The notes beneath the pieces are model-generated. The model saw nothing but the letters and a program-made list of their open reading frames with translations, did no database searches and was not told where the DNA came from. From an uncultured Gemmatimonadales bacterium (GTDB lineage Bacteria; Gemmatimonadota; Gemmatimonadetes; Palauibacterales; Palauibacteraceae): DNA of 64,000 bases. Below are positions 10,335 to 19,172 of this stretch, in pieces. The translations under genes were made by a program, and so were the position numbers. Numbering within the stretch: position 1 is the first letter of the stretch; each line of letters opens with the position of its first letter. The stretch lies in assembly GCA_963783385.1 (NCBI GenBank), contig CAWANJ010000009.1:736001-800000 (forward strand), written 5' to 3'.

Positions 10335-11894
10335 GTGCCTCTGCTCGCCAAGCTGCTTCGACGCAAGCCGATCCCCGAACGGGCGGAAGACGCCCTCGAG
10401 ACCGACCTCAAGCGCACGCTGGGCAAGTGGCAGCTGACCGCGCTCGGCGTGGGCGCCATCATCGGCGCCGGGATCTTCTCGGCCGCCGGCACGGCCGTCG
10501 CGGGAGGGGCCGATCACCTGGGCGCCGGTCCGGCGCTGGTCGTCTCCTACATCGGCGTGGCCATGGCCTGCGGGTTCGCGGCCCTGTGCTACGCCGAGTT
10601 CGCGGCCATGATTCCCGAGTCGGGGAGTGCCTACACCTACGCCTACTCGACCCTGGGCGAGATCGTGGCGTGGATCATCGGCTGGGACCTCATCATCGAG
10701 TACGCGGTCGGCAACATCGCCGTGGCGGTGAGCTGGTCGGGCTACTTCCAGCAGTTCCTGCGCGGCTTCGGCATGGCGCTGCCCGAATGGATGGCCACCG
10801 ACCCGATCACGGCCAACAAGGCGGCGCACACGGTGGCGCAGGCGACGCAGGCGGACACGCTCTCGTCGGTCGCCCCCCACATCGTGCGGGCCGCACAGTC
10901 GCTCTCCGAGGCGCCGCACCTCCTGGGGCTCCCGATCGTGGTCAACGTTCCCGCGGTCATGATCGTGGCGCTCATCACCTGGATCCTGGTCGTCGGGATC
11001 CGGGAGAGCTCGTGGTTCAACGTGGTGATGGTGGTCATCAAGCTCGCCATCCTCGGCTTCTTCATCGTGGCCGGGGCCTTCTACGTCCGACCGGCCAACT
11101 GGACACCCTTCGCCCCCAACGGGCTGCAGGGAATCTGGACCGGCGCGGCGCTCATCTTCTTCGCTTACATCGGCTTCGACGCCGTGTCGACCGCGGCCGA
11201 GGAGACGAAGCACCCGCAGACGGACATGCCGTTCGCGATGATCGCCTCCCTGATCGTCACCTCGATCCTGTACATCGCCGTGACCCTGGTCCTGACGGGA
11301 CTGGTGCCCTGGACCCATCTGGGGACGGCCGAGCCGCTGGCCACGGCGTTCAGCGAGCGCGGCCTCAACATGGCGGCCGGCATCATCTCCGTGGGAGCCC
11401 TCGCCGCCACCACCTCGGTGCTGCTGGTGTTCCAGCTGGGGCAGCCGCGCATCCTGTTTTCCATGGCGCGGGACGGCCTCCTGCCGCCCGTGGTGGCGAA
11501 GGTGCACAAGAAGCACCGTACGCCCTACGTGGCCACGATCATGACCGGGATCTTCGTGGCGTTCTTCGCGGCCTTCATGCCGATCGCCGAGATCATCGAG
11601 CTCACCAACATCGGCACCCTGTTCGCCTTCGTGCTGGTGGCCATCGGGATCATCGTGCTCCGCCGGCTGGAGCCTGACCGGGAGCGACCCTTCAAGACCC
11701 CGTGGGTGCCCTTCGTGCCGCTGGTGGCGATCCTCGCCTGCCTGGGCCTCATGCTGGGGCTGCCGCTCCTGACCTGGATCCGGTTCGGCATCTGGCTCCT
11801 GGTGGGACTGGCGTTCTACTATCTGTACGGGCGCAAGCACAGCGTCCTGCGCCGCCCGGACCGGGAGGCGGCCGCGGCGGGCGGCGGCGAGTAG
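10335..11894 (+). CDS. APC-family amino acid permease
   Basis: GVGAIIGAGIF, LCYAEFAAMIP.SGSAYTY, FFAYIGFDAVSTAAEE, PRILFSMARDGLLP; many TMs. Confidence 0.92.
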   Translation: MPLLAKLLRRKPIPERAEDALETDLKRTLGKWQLTALGVGAIIGAGIFSAAGTAVAGGADHLGAGPALVVSYIGVAMACGFAALCYAEFAAMIPESGSAYTYAYSTLGEIVAWIIGWDLIIEYAVGNIAVAVSWSGYFQQFLRGFGMALPEWMATDPITANKAAHTVAQATQADTLSSVAPHIVRAAQSLSEAPHLLGLPIVVNVPAVMIVALITWILVVGIRESSWFNVVMVVIKLAILGFFIVAGAFYVRPANWTPFAPNGLQGIWTGAALIFFAYIGFDAVSTAAEETKHPQTDMPFAMIASLIVTSILYIAVTLVLTGLVPWTHLGTAEPLATAFSERGLNMAAGIISVGALAATTSVLLVFQLGQPRILFSMARDGLLPPVVAKVHKKHRTPYVATIMTGIFVAFFAAFMPIAEIIELTNIGTLFAFVLVAIGIIVLRRLEPDRERPFKTPWVPFVPLVAILACLGLMLGLPLLTWIRFGIWLLVGLAFYYLYGRKHSVLRRPDREAAAAGGGE

Positions 11895-11915
11895 GGCGAG
11901 CCGCAGCGTGCGCCC

Positions 11916-13075
11916 GTGACGCACGCCCCCGGGTACGACCTCGAGGCGGTGCGGCGGAGGATCCCCCTCCTCCGCCGCCTCGTCCCCATGAACGCCTGCT
12001 CGCACGCGCCCCAGTCCGACGCCACCCGCGCCGCCGCCGAGGCCTACCTGGGCTCGTGGGACCGCGGACGGCATGGACTGGGACCGCTGGATGGAGGAGG
12101 TGGAGCGGGCCCGGGCGACCTTCGCCGCACCTGGTCGGCGCGGAGCCCGCGGACGTGGCCGTGGCCGCCTCGGTCTCCCAGGCCACCTCCAGCGTGGCCA
12201 GCGGTCTGGACTACGCGGGCGAGCGGCGCCGCGTGCTGGTGAGCGGCGCGGAATTCCCCACCGTGGCCCACGTGTGGCTCGCCCAGGAGCGCTTCGGCGC
12301 CGAGGTGGCCCGGGTCCCGGTGCGGGATGGCGTGGTCGCCCTGGAGGACTACGAGGCCGCCCTCGACGAGCGCACGCTGGTCGTGTCGGCCTGCCACGGC
12401 TACTACCAGGACGGGTTCAAGCAGGACGTCCCCGCCATCGCCGCGCTGGCTCACGCGCACGGCGCCCTCCTGTACGTCGACGCCTACCAGACCCTGGGCA
12501 CCGCGCCGTTCGACGCCCCCGCCAGCGGGGCGGACTTCGTGGCCGCCGGCTGCCTCAAGTACCTGATGGGGATCCCCGGCATCGCCTTCGTGTGGGTGCG
12601 GCCCGGGCTGGCGGAGCGGCTGCGGCCCGCGCTCACCGGCTGGTTCGGGCGCCGCGAGCCGTTCGCCTTCGACGCGGAGCGCCTGGACTGGGCCGAGGGC
12701 GCGCGCCGGCTCGACCTCGGTACCCCGCCCGTGCTGGAGGCCTACGTCGCCCGCGCCGGCATGGAGTGGCTGCGCGAGGTCGGGCTCGAGGCCATCGGAG
12801 CGTGGAACCGAGCGCTCGGGGCCAGACTGATCGAGGGAGGCCAGGAGCGCGGCTTCCGGCTCCTCGGAACCGACGACCCGGACCGGAAGACGCCCTCCAC
12901 CGCCTTCGCGTGCGAGGACGGCCACGCCGTGGAGGCCGCCCTGCGGGAACGCGGGGTGCTGGCCTCGGCGCGCGGGCCCGCCATCCGGCTGGCGCCCCAC
13001 TTCTACAGCTCCCTCGAGGACGTGGACCGCGCGCTGGACGCCCTGTCGGAGGTGCTGGGGGGCGGCGAGGCGTGA
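11916..13075 (+). CDS. Class V PLP-dependent enzyme, kynureninase-like (apparent frameshifts ~12066 and ~12130)
   Basis: Three joined frames: MTHAPGYDLEAVRRRIP..., MDWDRWMEEVERARATFA, then EFPT, VDAYQ, GCLKYLMG (PLP Lys), IRLAPHFY. Confidence 0.8.
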
Positions 13076-14410
13076 GCCCGGCCCGCGAGACCTTCGGGTC
13101 CCGGCTCGGGATGCTGGCCACCATGATCGGGGTGGCCGTGGGGCTCGGGAACGTGTGGCGCTTCCCGTACATGGTGGGGCGCTACGGCGGGGCGGCGTTC
13201 GTGCTCCTCTACGTGGTGCTGGCCGCGGCCGTGGGCGTGCCGGGGCTGATGGCCGAGTGGTCGCTGGGGCGGGCCACGCGGCGCGGGCCGCTGGGGGCGT
13301 TCGAGCGGGCCGGACTCCCGGGCGGACGCGTTCGTCGGCTGGCTCCTGTTCCTGGTCGTCCTCACCGCGCTCGGCTACTACACGAACGCCATCGGGTGGG
13401 TGGCCTGCTACGCCCTCGGCCAGCTCCTCGTCCCCCTGGGGCGGCCTCTGGACCCCTCCGCCATTCTCCCGCCCGCTTCCGGCTTCTCCGGCCGGGCCTT
13501 CGCGCTGCAGCTCACCTTCACGGCCCTCCTCCTCCTGGCCCAGGGCGCGGTGATCCGGAAGGGGCTCCGGGCCGGGATCGAGAAGGCGAGCCGGGTGCTG
13601 ACGCCCCTCGTGTTCGTTTCCCTGCTCGTCCTCCTCGTCCGCTCCCTCACCCTGCCGGGCGCGGGGGCCGGCGCTGCGCTGGTACCTGGCCTTCCACCCC
13701 TCGCGACGTGACCCCGTCCGTGCTGGTGGCGGCGCTGGGCCAGGTGGTGTTCTCGCTGGCGCTGGGCGGCACGATGATGGTCGTGTACGGCTCCTACCTG
13801 GCCGAGGGGGAGGCGCTCAAGGGCGACGCCATCCTCACGGTGGTGGGCGACACGGCGGCCGGCTTCCTGGCGGGTCTCGCCATCTTCCCGGCCGTGTTCG
13901 CGTTCGGTCTCGAGCCCGGCAGCGGCCCCGGCCTCCTGTTCGCCACCCTGCCCCGCGTCTTCGCCCACATCCCGGCCGGCTGGGCCTTCGGCGTCCTGTT
14001 CTTCGGGGCCTCGCTGGGCGCCGCCTTCCTGTCGGGCATCGCCGCCTTCGAGGTGCTGGCCGCCGGCCTCGGCGACGCCCTCGGGATGCCGCGGCGGAAG
14101 GCCGTGAACCTCCTCCTGGGGCTGCTGCCTCCTGCTCGCCCTGCCGCCCATGGTGAACCTGAAGGTCTTCGTCCCCTGGGACCTCACCTTCGGCTCGGGC
14201 GGGCAGACGGTGGGCGCGCTGCTCGCGGCCATCACCGTGGGCTGGGCCCTCCGCCGCGGCGCCCTGCTCGAGCAGATCGGCGGCGACCACCCGGGCCGGC
14301 TGGACCGCTTCCTGGTCGCCTGGCTACGCTGGGTGCTGCCCGCGGCCATCCTGACGGCGGGAGCGTGGTGGGTGGCGTCGGACGTGCTGGGGGTGGCGGG
14401 AGGGGCGTAG
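13072..14410 (+). CDS. Sodium-dependent transporter, NSS/SLC6 family (several apparent frameshifts)
   Basis: GVAVGLGNVWRFPY, GQVVFSLALG, VYGSYL, AIFPAVFAFGLEPGSGPGLLF spread across shifted frames. Confidence 0.85.
14294..14397 (+). repeat. Direct repeat copy 1 (3' end of NSS transporter gene)
   Basis: 104 bp matching 18245-18348 with 3 A/G differences; weaker homology extends back to CACCTTCGGCT at 14185. Confidence 0.92.
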
Positions 14411-14456
14411 TCGACCGCGCATCGGCATGGCCTCCGGGTGCGGAGCCGGCACCACG

Positions 14457-15582
14457 CTAGCCACTCGATCCTGGCGTGACGATCCGAGGCTTCAGAATCT
14501 CGGCTCGGGTGTCCCCCGCGCGGGTTTCTGACATGCGGTACAGGAGCAGACCGTCGCCGCAGACGGGAGCGACGACCGCATCGAATCAATGCCGCGCCAT
14601 CACGCGGACTCGGGACCCATGGCTGACGTCCAGGACCTCGACCACCGTGTCGAATGTCCGACGGGTCCAGGCGGGTGAGCTGAAGTGGAGCGAGTCGGGA
14701 CTCCAGTGCGCATCAGGTACCACCGAAAACGTCCAGAGCCGGCGGTCGGTGCCCTCCGTCAGGTGCTCGAGGTACACGAGCGGAGGCAAATCCGTGTACA
14801 TCCTCTCCAGCCGGCCCGGCGTGACCTCCTGACGGTCGGGAAACCAGGCCGCATGGCGTGCGTAGCTTCCCTCGACCTCACCCGCATCGCTCCAGTGGTA
14901 GATCTCGTATCTCCACACGCTGGCGGTCCAGAGGTCACCGTGGCGCCCGCCCGCGACGGTCCACCAGTCGAGATCGCCGAACTGGTGGTTGTGAGTTCCG
15001 AATTGTGCTATCCGGGTCCCGGCATCGTCGAGCACACGGAACAGCGGCCGCTCGTTGTCAGACGCCGCCGGTTCGGTCGTGAGGAGCCATCGACCCCCAC
15101 CGAGACGGCTCCATCCGCTCCCACCGCCGGGCAGTCGAAAGGAACCCAGAAACCGGCCTTCTGCCGTGACTGTGACGGCTCGCTGATTGAACCGGTCGAA
15201 CACTTCGAGCGTATCTCCGTGCATGACCGTGAGGCCGAGCTGATTGCCGAACTCTGTGGGCCCCTGCCCTGGGCGACCCACCGCCCTCAGCCACATACCG
15301 TCGCTGCCGTAGACCGCCAGCTGACCGCCCCCGACAAGATCACCGACCACGAAATCCCCGCTCACCAAATGTGCGATCGAGCACAGAGTTCCGAGGGGCG
15401 CATCAGCGGAGATCGAGGCAGGATCGTTCGCCCCTCCGAGCCGGGCGATCACCTGGATCTCGAGAATGGCATGTTGGACAGTTCGAGTCTGCGGCGATTG
15501 AGCTCTGTGACACATTTTCGTTACTTCGGTGCCGTGGACGCGATCCGGTGGCGGAGCAGGCCGCGAGAACGGCGACCAGCAT
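14457..15582 (-). pseudogene. Beta-propeller-like lipoprotein (frameshift ~15465, in-frame TGA 14588-14586); start uncertain
   Basis: MLVAVLAAC lipobox and CPTC, then after a shift LEIQVIARLG...AVGRPGQGPTEF (GxxGxGPxEF motif of 6-bladed propeller/NHL-like proteins); frame stays open 42 codons past the TGA (FDAVVAPVCGDGLLLY...). Confidence 0.7.
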
Positions 15583-15827
15583 CGTGAGGAGGGGGCCTCC
15601 TCTCGACGGCGTCCAGCGACGGTTTCGTGTAGGAACCTCACGGCGCAAATCAGCACACTCAGTTAGCGCCTGGTGAGACTCATCCTCCATGGCGCAGGCC
15701 ATGAAGCGAGTTACCGTGGACCGGTCTGAACATAGACGCCGGCAGTATCCGAGCACTGCAGTCGCCCGAGATACGGACGGACTGCCCAGAGCCGCTCCCA
15801 GACCGGGCTGCACCGTGCCATGCGGTT

Positions 15828-16508
15828 CTATCCGGCCCCATGCTTCTGAAGAGCCTGGCGAACATCCTCGACCAACATGGACTCCGCGGGCAGTCCCGTC
15901 TCGACAATGCGTCCGATAACGAACGTCGGCGTTCCTCGAACTCCCAACCTTCTGCCCGCCTGCATGTCCCTCTCCACGCGGGGCATCGGCGCTGCATCTC
16001 TTAGGCACTCCATGAACCGTTCCGAGTCGAGCACGCCGGCTCTACGGGACAGTTCCACCCAGTTCAGGAGTCCGAGCGAGTCTTGCTTGGAGTACGCTAC
16101 GTGAAGGAACGCCGCAAATCGGCCCTCGTCTGCAGCGCATTCCGACGCCACAGCCGCTTCGAGTGCCTGCGGGTGAACCTCTGACAGGGGATAGTGCCTG
16201 AATCTCACTGCCACGTGTCCGCCGAACACGGTGGTCACAGAATCCAGGAGCCCTTCGGCCCGCGCACAATACGGGCATTCCATGTCTGCGAACTCCACGA
16301 CGTGAACACGGGCCGTCTTGGATCCGATGACGTGCCCCCCATTATCGAGTTCCACTGCAAGTTTCCGGTCAATCGTACGGACGGGGGAGCGTGAGGTCTC
16401 GATCGGTTGCGTACTCAATTCACGTCGAACTACGAGGGCCGTGACGGTCACTGCGCAGCCTGCAAGAACCCCGAGCGCCGCATTCTGAAAAAGATCGGAT
16501 GCCTTCAC
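15828..16508 (-). CDS. Membrane-anchored DsbA-like thiol:disulfide oxidoreductase
   Basis: N-terminal TM, VVEFADMECPYC, FRHYPL..HPQA, GVRGTPTF cis-Pro motif. Confidence 0.9.
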   Translation of the reverse strand: MKASDLFQNAALGVLAGCAVTVTALVVRRELSTQPIETSRSPVRTIDRKLAVELDNGGHVIGSKTARVHVVEFADMECPYCARAEGLLDSVTTVFGGHVAVRFRHYPLSEVHPQALEAAVASECAADEGRFAAFLHVAYSKQDSLGLLNWVELSRRAGVLDSERFMECLRDAAPMPRVERDMQAGRRLGVRGTPTFVIGRIVETGLPAESMLVEDVRQALQKHGAG

Positions 16509-16636
16509 GATCCAATTTCATCCGGGGGCTCAAGCGTAGTGTCCAGACTTCACCTTCAGATCTGCCAAAGGACCTGATGCCGGATCCCTTTGCACCTTGC
16601 CTGGGGTGCGCCCGCTGCGTTGGAGGTAGCAAGACC

Positions 16637-16855
16637 TCAGAAACACTGACCAGGCATGGGTGACCCGGGGCCAGCTGAGCACTTAGAACACACGGGGTCC
16701 GGACTGCAGTCAGAATTCGAATGGCAGGCCTGGTCGCAGACCAGTGAATTCGTCCTGGTCGAATTCGAATTGGCATACGCCGGTGTTGAAATGTATACCG
16801 CGCCACCGAAGGTCACAATGGCTGCGATCAACCCAGCGATGAGTCGCTTGTTCAT
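16637..16855 (-). CDS. Small secreted six-cysteine peptide (72 aa; putative cystine knot)
   Basis: AGGAG RBS before ATG 16855; signal peptide MNKRLIAGLIAAIVTFGGAVYISTPAYA; mature part ends CDQACHSNSDCSPDPVCSKCSAGPGSPMPGQCF. Confidence 0.8.
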   Translation of the reverse strand: MNKRLIAGLIAAIVTFGGAVYISTPAYANSNSTRTNSLVCDQACHSNSDCSPDPVCSKCSAGPGSPMPGQCF

Positions 16856-16895
16856 GACCTTCTCCTGGCTACGGTGGACTACCACCTCTAGTATT

Positions 16896-16925
16896 ATTTT
16901 AAAAGATCGTTCGACGCCGTGTCAA
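16896..16925 (-). promoter_or_regulatory. Near-consensus sigma70 promoter of the peptide gene
   Basis: TTGACA(16925-16920)-N18-TAAAAT(16901-16896) in an AT-rich patch 40 nt upstream of the ATG. Confidence 0.75.
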
Positions 16926-17132
16926 GAATTCAGGGCCAGGACCTTCCCCAGAGACTCCATCTCAGATTCTGTAACCCGTTGATGATCAGTCGCTTGTAGG
17001 CATCTGCGAGTGAAACGGGCCCGCTCGAGCGGAGAATGGGGAACCTTCGTGCAGATGAAAGCGGGCCCCCACTCGCACAAGTTGTTGGTGTCCATCGGCA
17101 AGGAAGCCGACCACCTGGCGAGGGGGACCCGG

Positions 17133-18192
17133 ATGGAGAGTGCGCGGCTCGCGGGGAAGGTGCAAGGTCAGATCCTGCGATTCTCGGGGAAACTTTCGGC
17201 CGGGCTGCCCAGAGATGGCCCGCCGGGCGGTGGGGGAGATCCTCTACGGGATGCAGGCCCGCGGCTCGGTTCGCCTTTCGGAGATCGGACGGGCCCTGGA
17301 GGAAGAGACGGTCCTGAAGACGGTGATCGAGCGGCTGGGCCGACAGCTCGGATGGCCCGAGCTTCGGCGCCGGGTGCGGGAGAACCTCCTGGCCCTCGGG
17401 ACGCCGAAGGTAGGCGAGCAAACGCTGCTGGTCACCGACCTGACCGACATCAGCAAGGCCTACGCTCAGAAGATGGAGCACCTGGCCAGGGTGTACGACG
17501 GCCGGGCGGACGAGATCACCGACGGCTACGAGTGCGTGGAGGTGCTGGCGGCCGAGGCGGGTTCGCCCGACGTGGTGCCCCTGTATCAGGAGCTCTACAG
17601 TTCGGAGGCGCCGGAGTTTGTGAGCGAGAACCGGAAGGTGCTCAAGGCGGTGCGGGCGGTGAGCCGCGCCACCGAGGGCCGGGGGATCTGGGTGATCGAC
17701 CGGGGCGGAGACCGCCGGAACATCACCCCGCGGCTGGAGCGAGGCCAGGACTTTCTGATCCGGCTCTAGGGCCGGCGGCACCTCGAGTGGAGGCGCTCGG
17801 CTCTGAGCGCCCGGGAGCTGGCGACCCGCACACGCCGCCCTTTCGAGGAGACGGTCGTCAAGGAAGAGGGCGCCGAGGAGAGAGCCTATGTCCTGCGCTT
17901 CGGCTCCACCCCGGTGCGCTTTCCCGGCTCGGCGCGCCGACTCTGGCTGGTCGTCGTGGACGGACGGGGAGCGAAGCCGCTTCTGCTGCTGACCACCCTG
18001 CCCGCCGGCCGGTCCAGGAGGCGCACCTGGCGGATCGTCCAGAGCTACTTGACCCGCTGGCGGGTGGAGGAGACGATCCGCTTCCTCAAGCAGAGCTACG
18101 ACGTGGAGGACATCCGGCGGCTCAAGTACGACCGGCTCCGGGCCATGGCCACGCTCGTGATGGCCGCCGGTCACTTCGCCACCTTCGGCTAG
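17133..18192 (+). pseudogene. IS4-family DDE transposase remnant
   Basis: DLTDISKAYAQKMEHL, WVIDRGGD, YLTRWRVEETIRFLK (Y-2-R-3-E-6-K); frameshift ~17212, in-frame TAG 17767-17769, C-terminus truncated at the repeat. Confidence 0.85.
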
Positions 18193-18358
18193 GGCGGACA
18201 GACCGCCGGCGGCCCTCCTGCGCCAGCTCGGGGGCGGGGCCCCCGGCCGGCTGGACCGCTTCCTGGTCGCCTGGCTGCGCTGGGTGCTGCCCGCGGCCAT
18301 CCTGGCGGCGGGGGCGTGGTGGGTGGCGTCGGACGTGCTGGGGGTGGCCGGCGCCTAG
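18180..18358 (+). repeat. Direct repeat copy 2: decayed 3' fragment of the NSS transporter gene
   Basis: 18245-18348 near-identical to 14294-14397; 18180-18244 is a diverged, internally deleted copy of 14185-14293 with TCG>TAG. Confidence 0.9.
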
Positions 18359-18433
18359 ACTCGACGGGTCCGGCGGCGGAGACTCGCGGCCGCGCCGCTG
18401 GCGACCGGTGGCCAAAATGAAAGGAGACGGACC

Positions 18434-19066
18434 GTGCATCGATCCCTCTACGTCCCGCTGGCGCTCGTCACCCTGGCCTGGGCCCCGGGTACGCCGGGGT
18501 CCGGGAGCGCCGGCGTGAGTCCCTCCTCCGCCCCGCTGGCCGCGGATTCGGTGGTCGTGTTCGTCGTGCGACACGCGGAGAAGGTCGAGGACGGCTCGCA
18601 GGACCCGCCCCTCACCGCGGCCGGCCGCGCCCGCACGGCCCTGCTGGCGCGGATGCTGAGCGACGTCGCCCTGACCGGGGCCTACGCCACCGACTACCGC
18701 CGCGCGCGGGCCACGGCCGAGCCCGCGGCCCGCGCGGCCGGCCTCGAGGTCCGGCTCTACGACCCCGCGAAGCCGGAAGCCCTGGCGGCCCGGCTCCGAG
18801 CCCGCGCCGGGCGCTACCTCGTGGTCGGGCACAGCAACACGGTGCCGGGCCTGGTGCGCGCCCTGGGCGGGGATCCCGGACCGGACCTGTCCGAGGCCGC
18901 GTACGACCGGCTCTACGTCGTGCTGATCGGACCCGGGGGCGTCACCACGCTGCGGCTGCGCTACGGGGCGGAGTCGGGAGGAGGCACCATGGGGGCAGCC
19001 AATGCGTCCGGCAGCGGGCCCGGACAGGAGGCAGAGTCGGACGGCGTGAAGGCCGTCACCCTTTGA
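18434..19066 (+). CDS. Secreted histidine phosphatase (phosphoglycerate mutase/SixA-like)
   Basis: Signal peptide, VVRHAEK, LTAAGRAR, VVGHSNT. Confidence 0.85.
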   Translation: MHRSLYVPLALVTLAWAPGTPGSGSAGVSPSSAPLAADSVVVFVVRHAEKVEDGSQDPPLTAAGRARTALLARMLSDVALTGAYATDYRRARATAEPAARAAGLEVRLYDPAKPEALAARLRARAGRYLVVGHSNTVPGLVRALGGDPGPDLSEAAYDRLYVVLIGPGGVTTLRLRYGAESGGGTMGAANASGSGPGQEAESDGVKAVTL

Positions 19067-19172
19067 CGATCGAGCGCATCCTCGGTCCGGCCCACGATCC
19101 GGTCCGCTCCAATGGCCACGTGCCCGAGGGTGGTACCGGATCCCTCGACCCAGCCCGCGTCCGAGCCGTCTT

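Larger units (their letters stand above)
14411..18179. mobile_element. Small genomic islet between duplicated gene ends
   Basis: Visibly lower GC and atypical codons over ~14450-17000; flanking direct repeat; IS remnant; no integrase seen. Confidence 0.75.

Noticed and set aside
16969-16998. TGTAACCCGTTGATGATCAGTCGCTTGTA as a recombinase core or dif-like site
   Set aside because: Dyad symmetry is weak and there is no cognate recombinase in the window; cannot be supported.
17767-17769. In-frame TAG in the transposase as pyrrolysine or readthrough
   Set aside because: The gene is also frameshifted and truncated, so a single-base nonsense change is sufficient; no pyl genes were seen.
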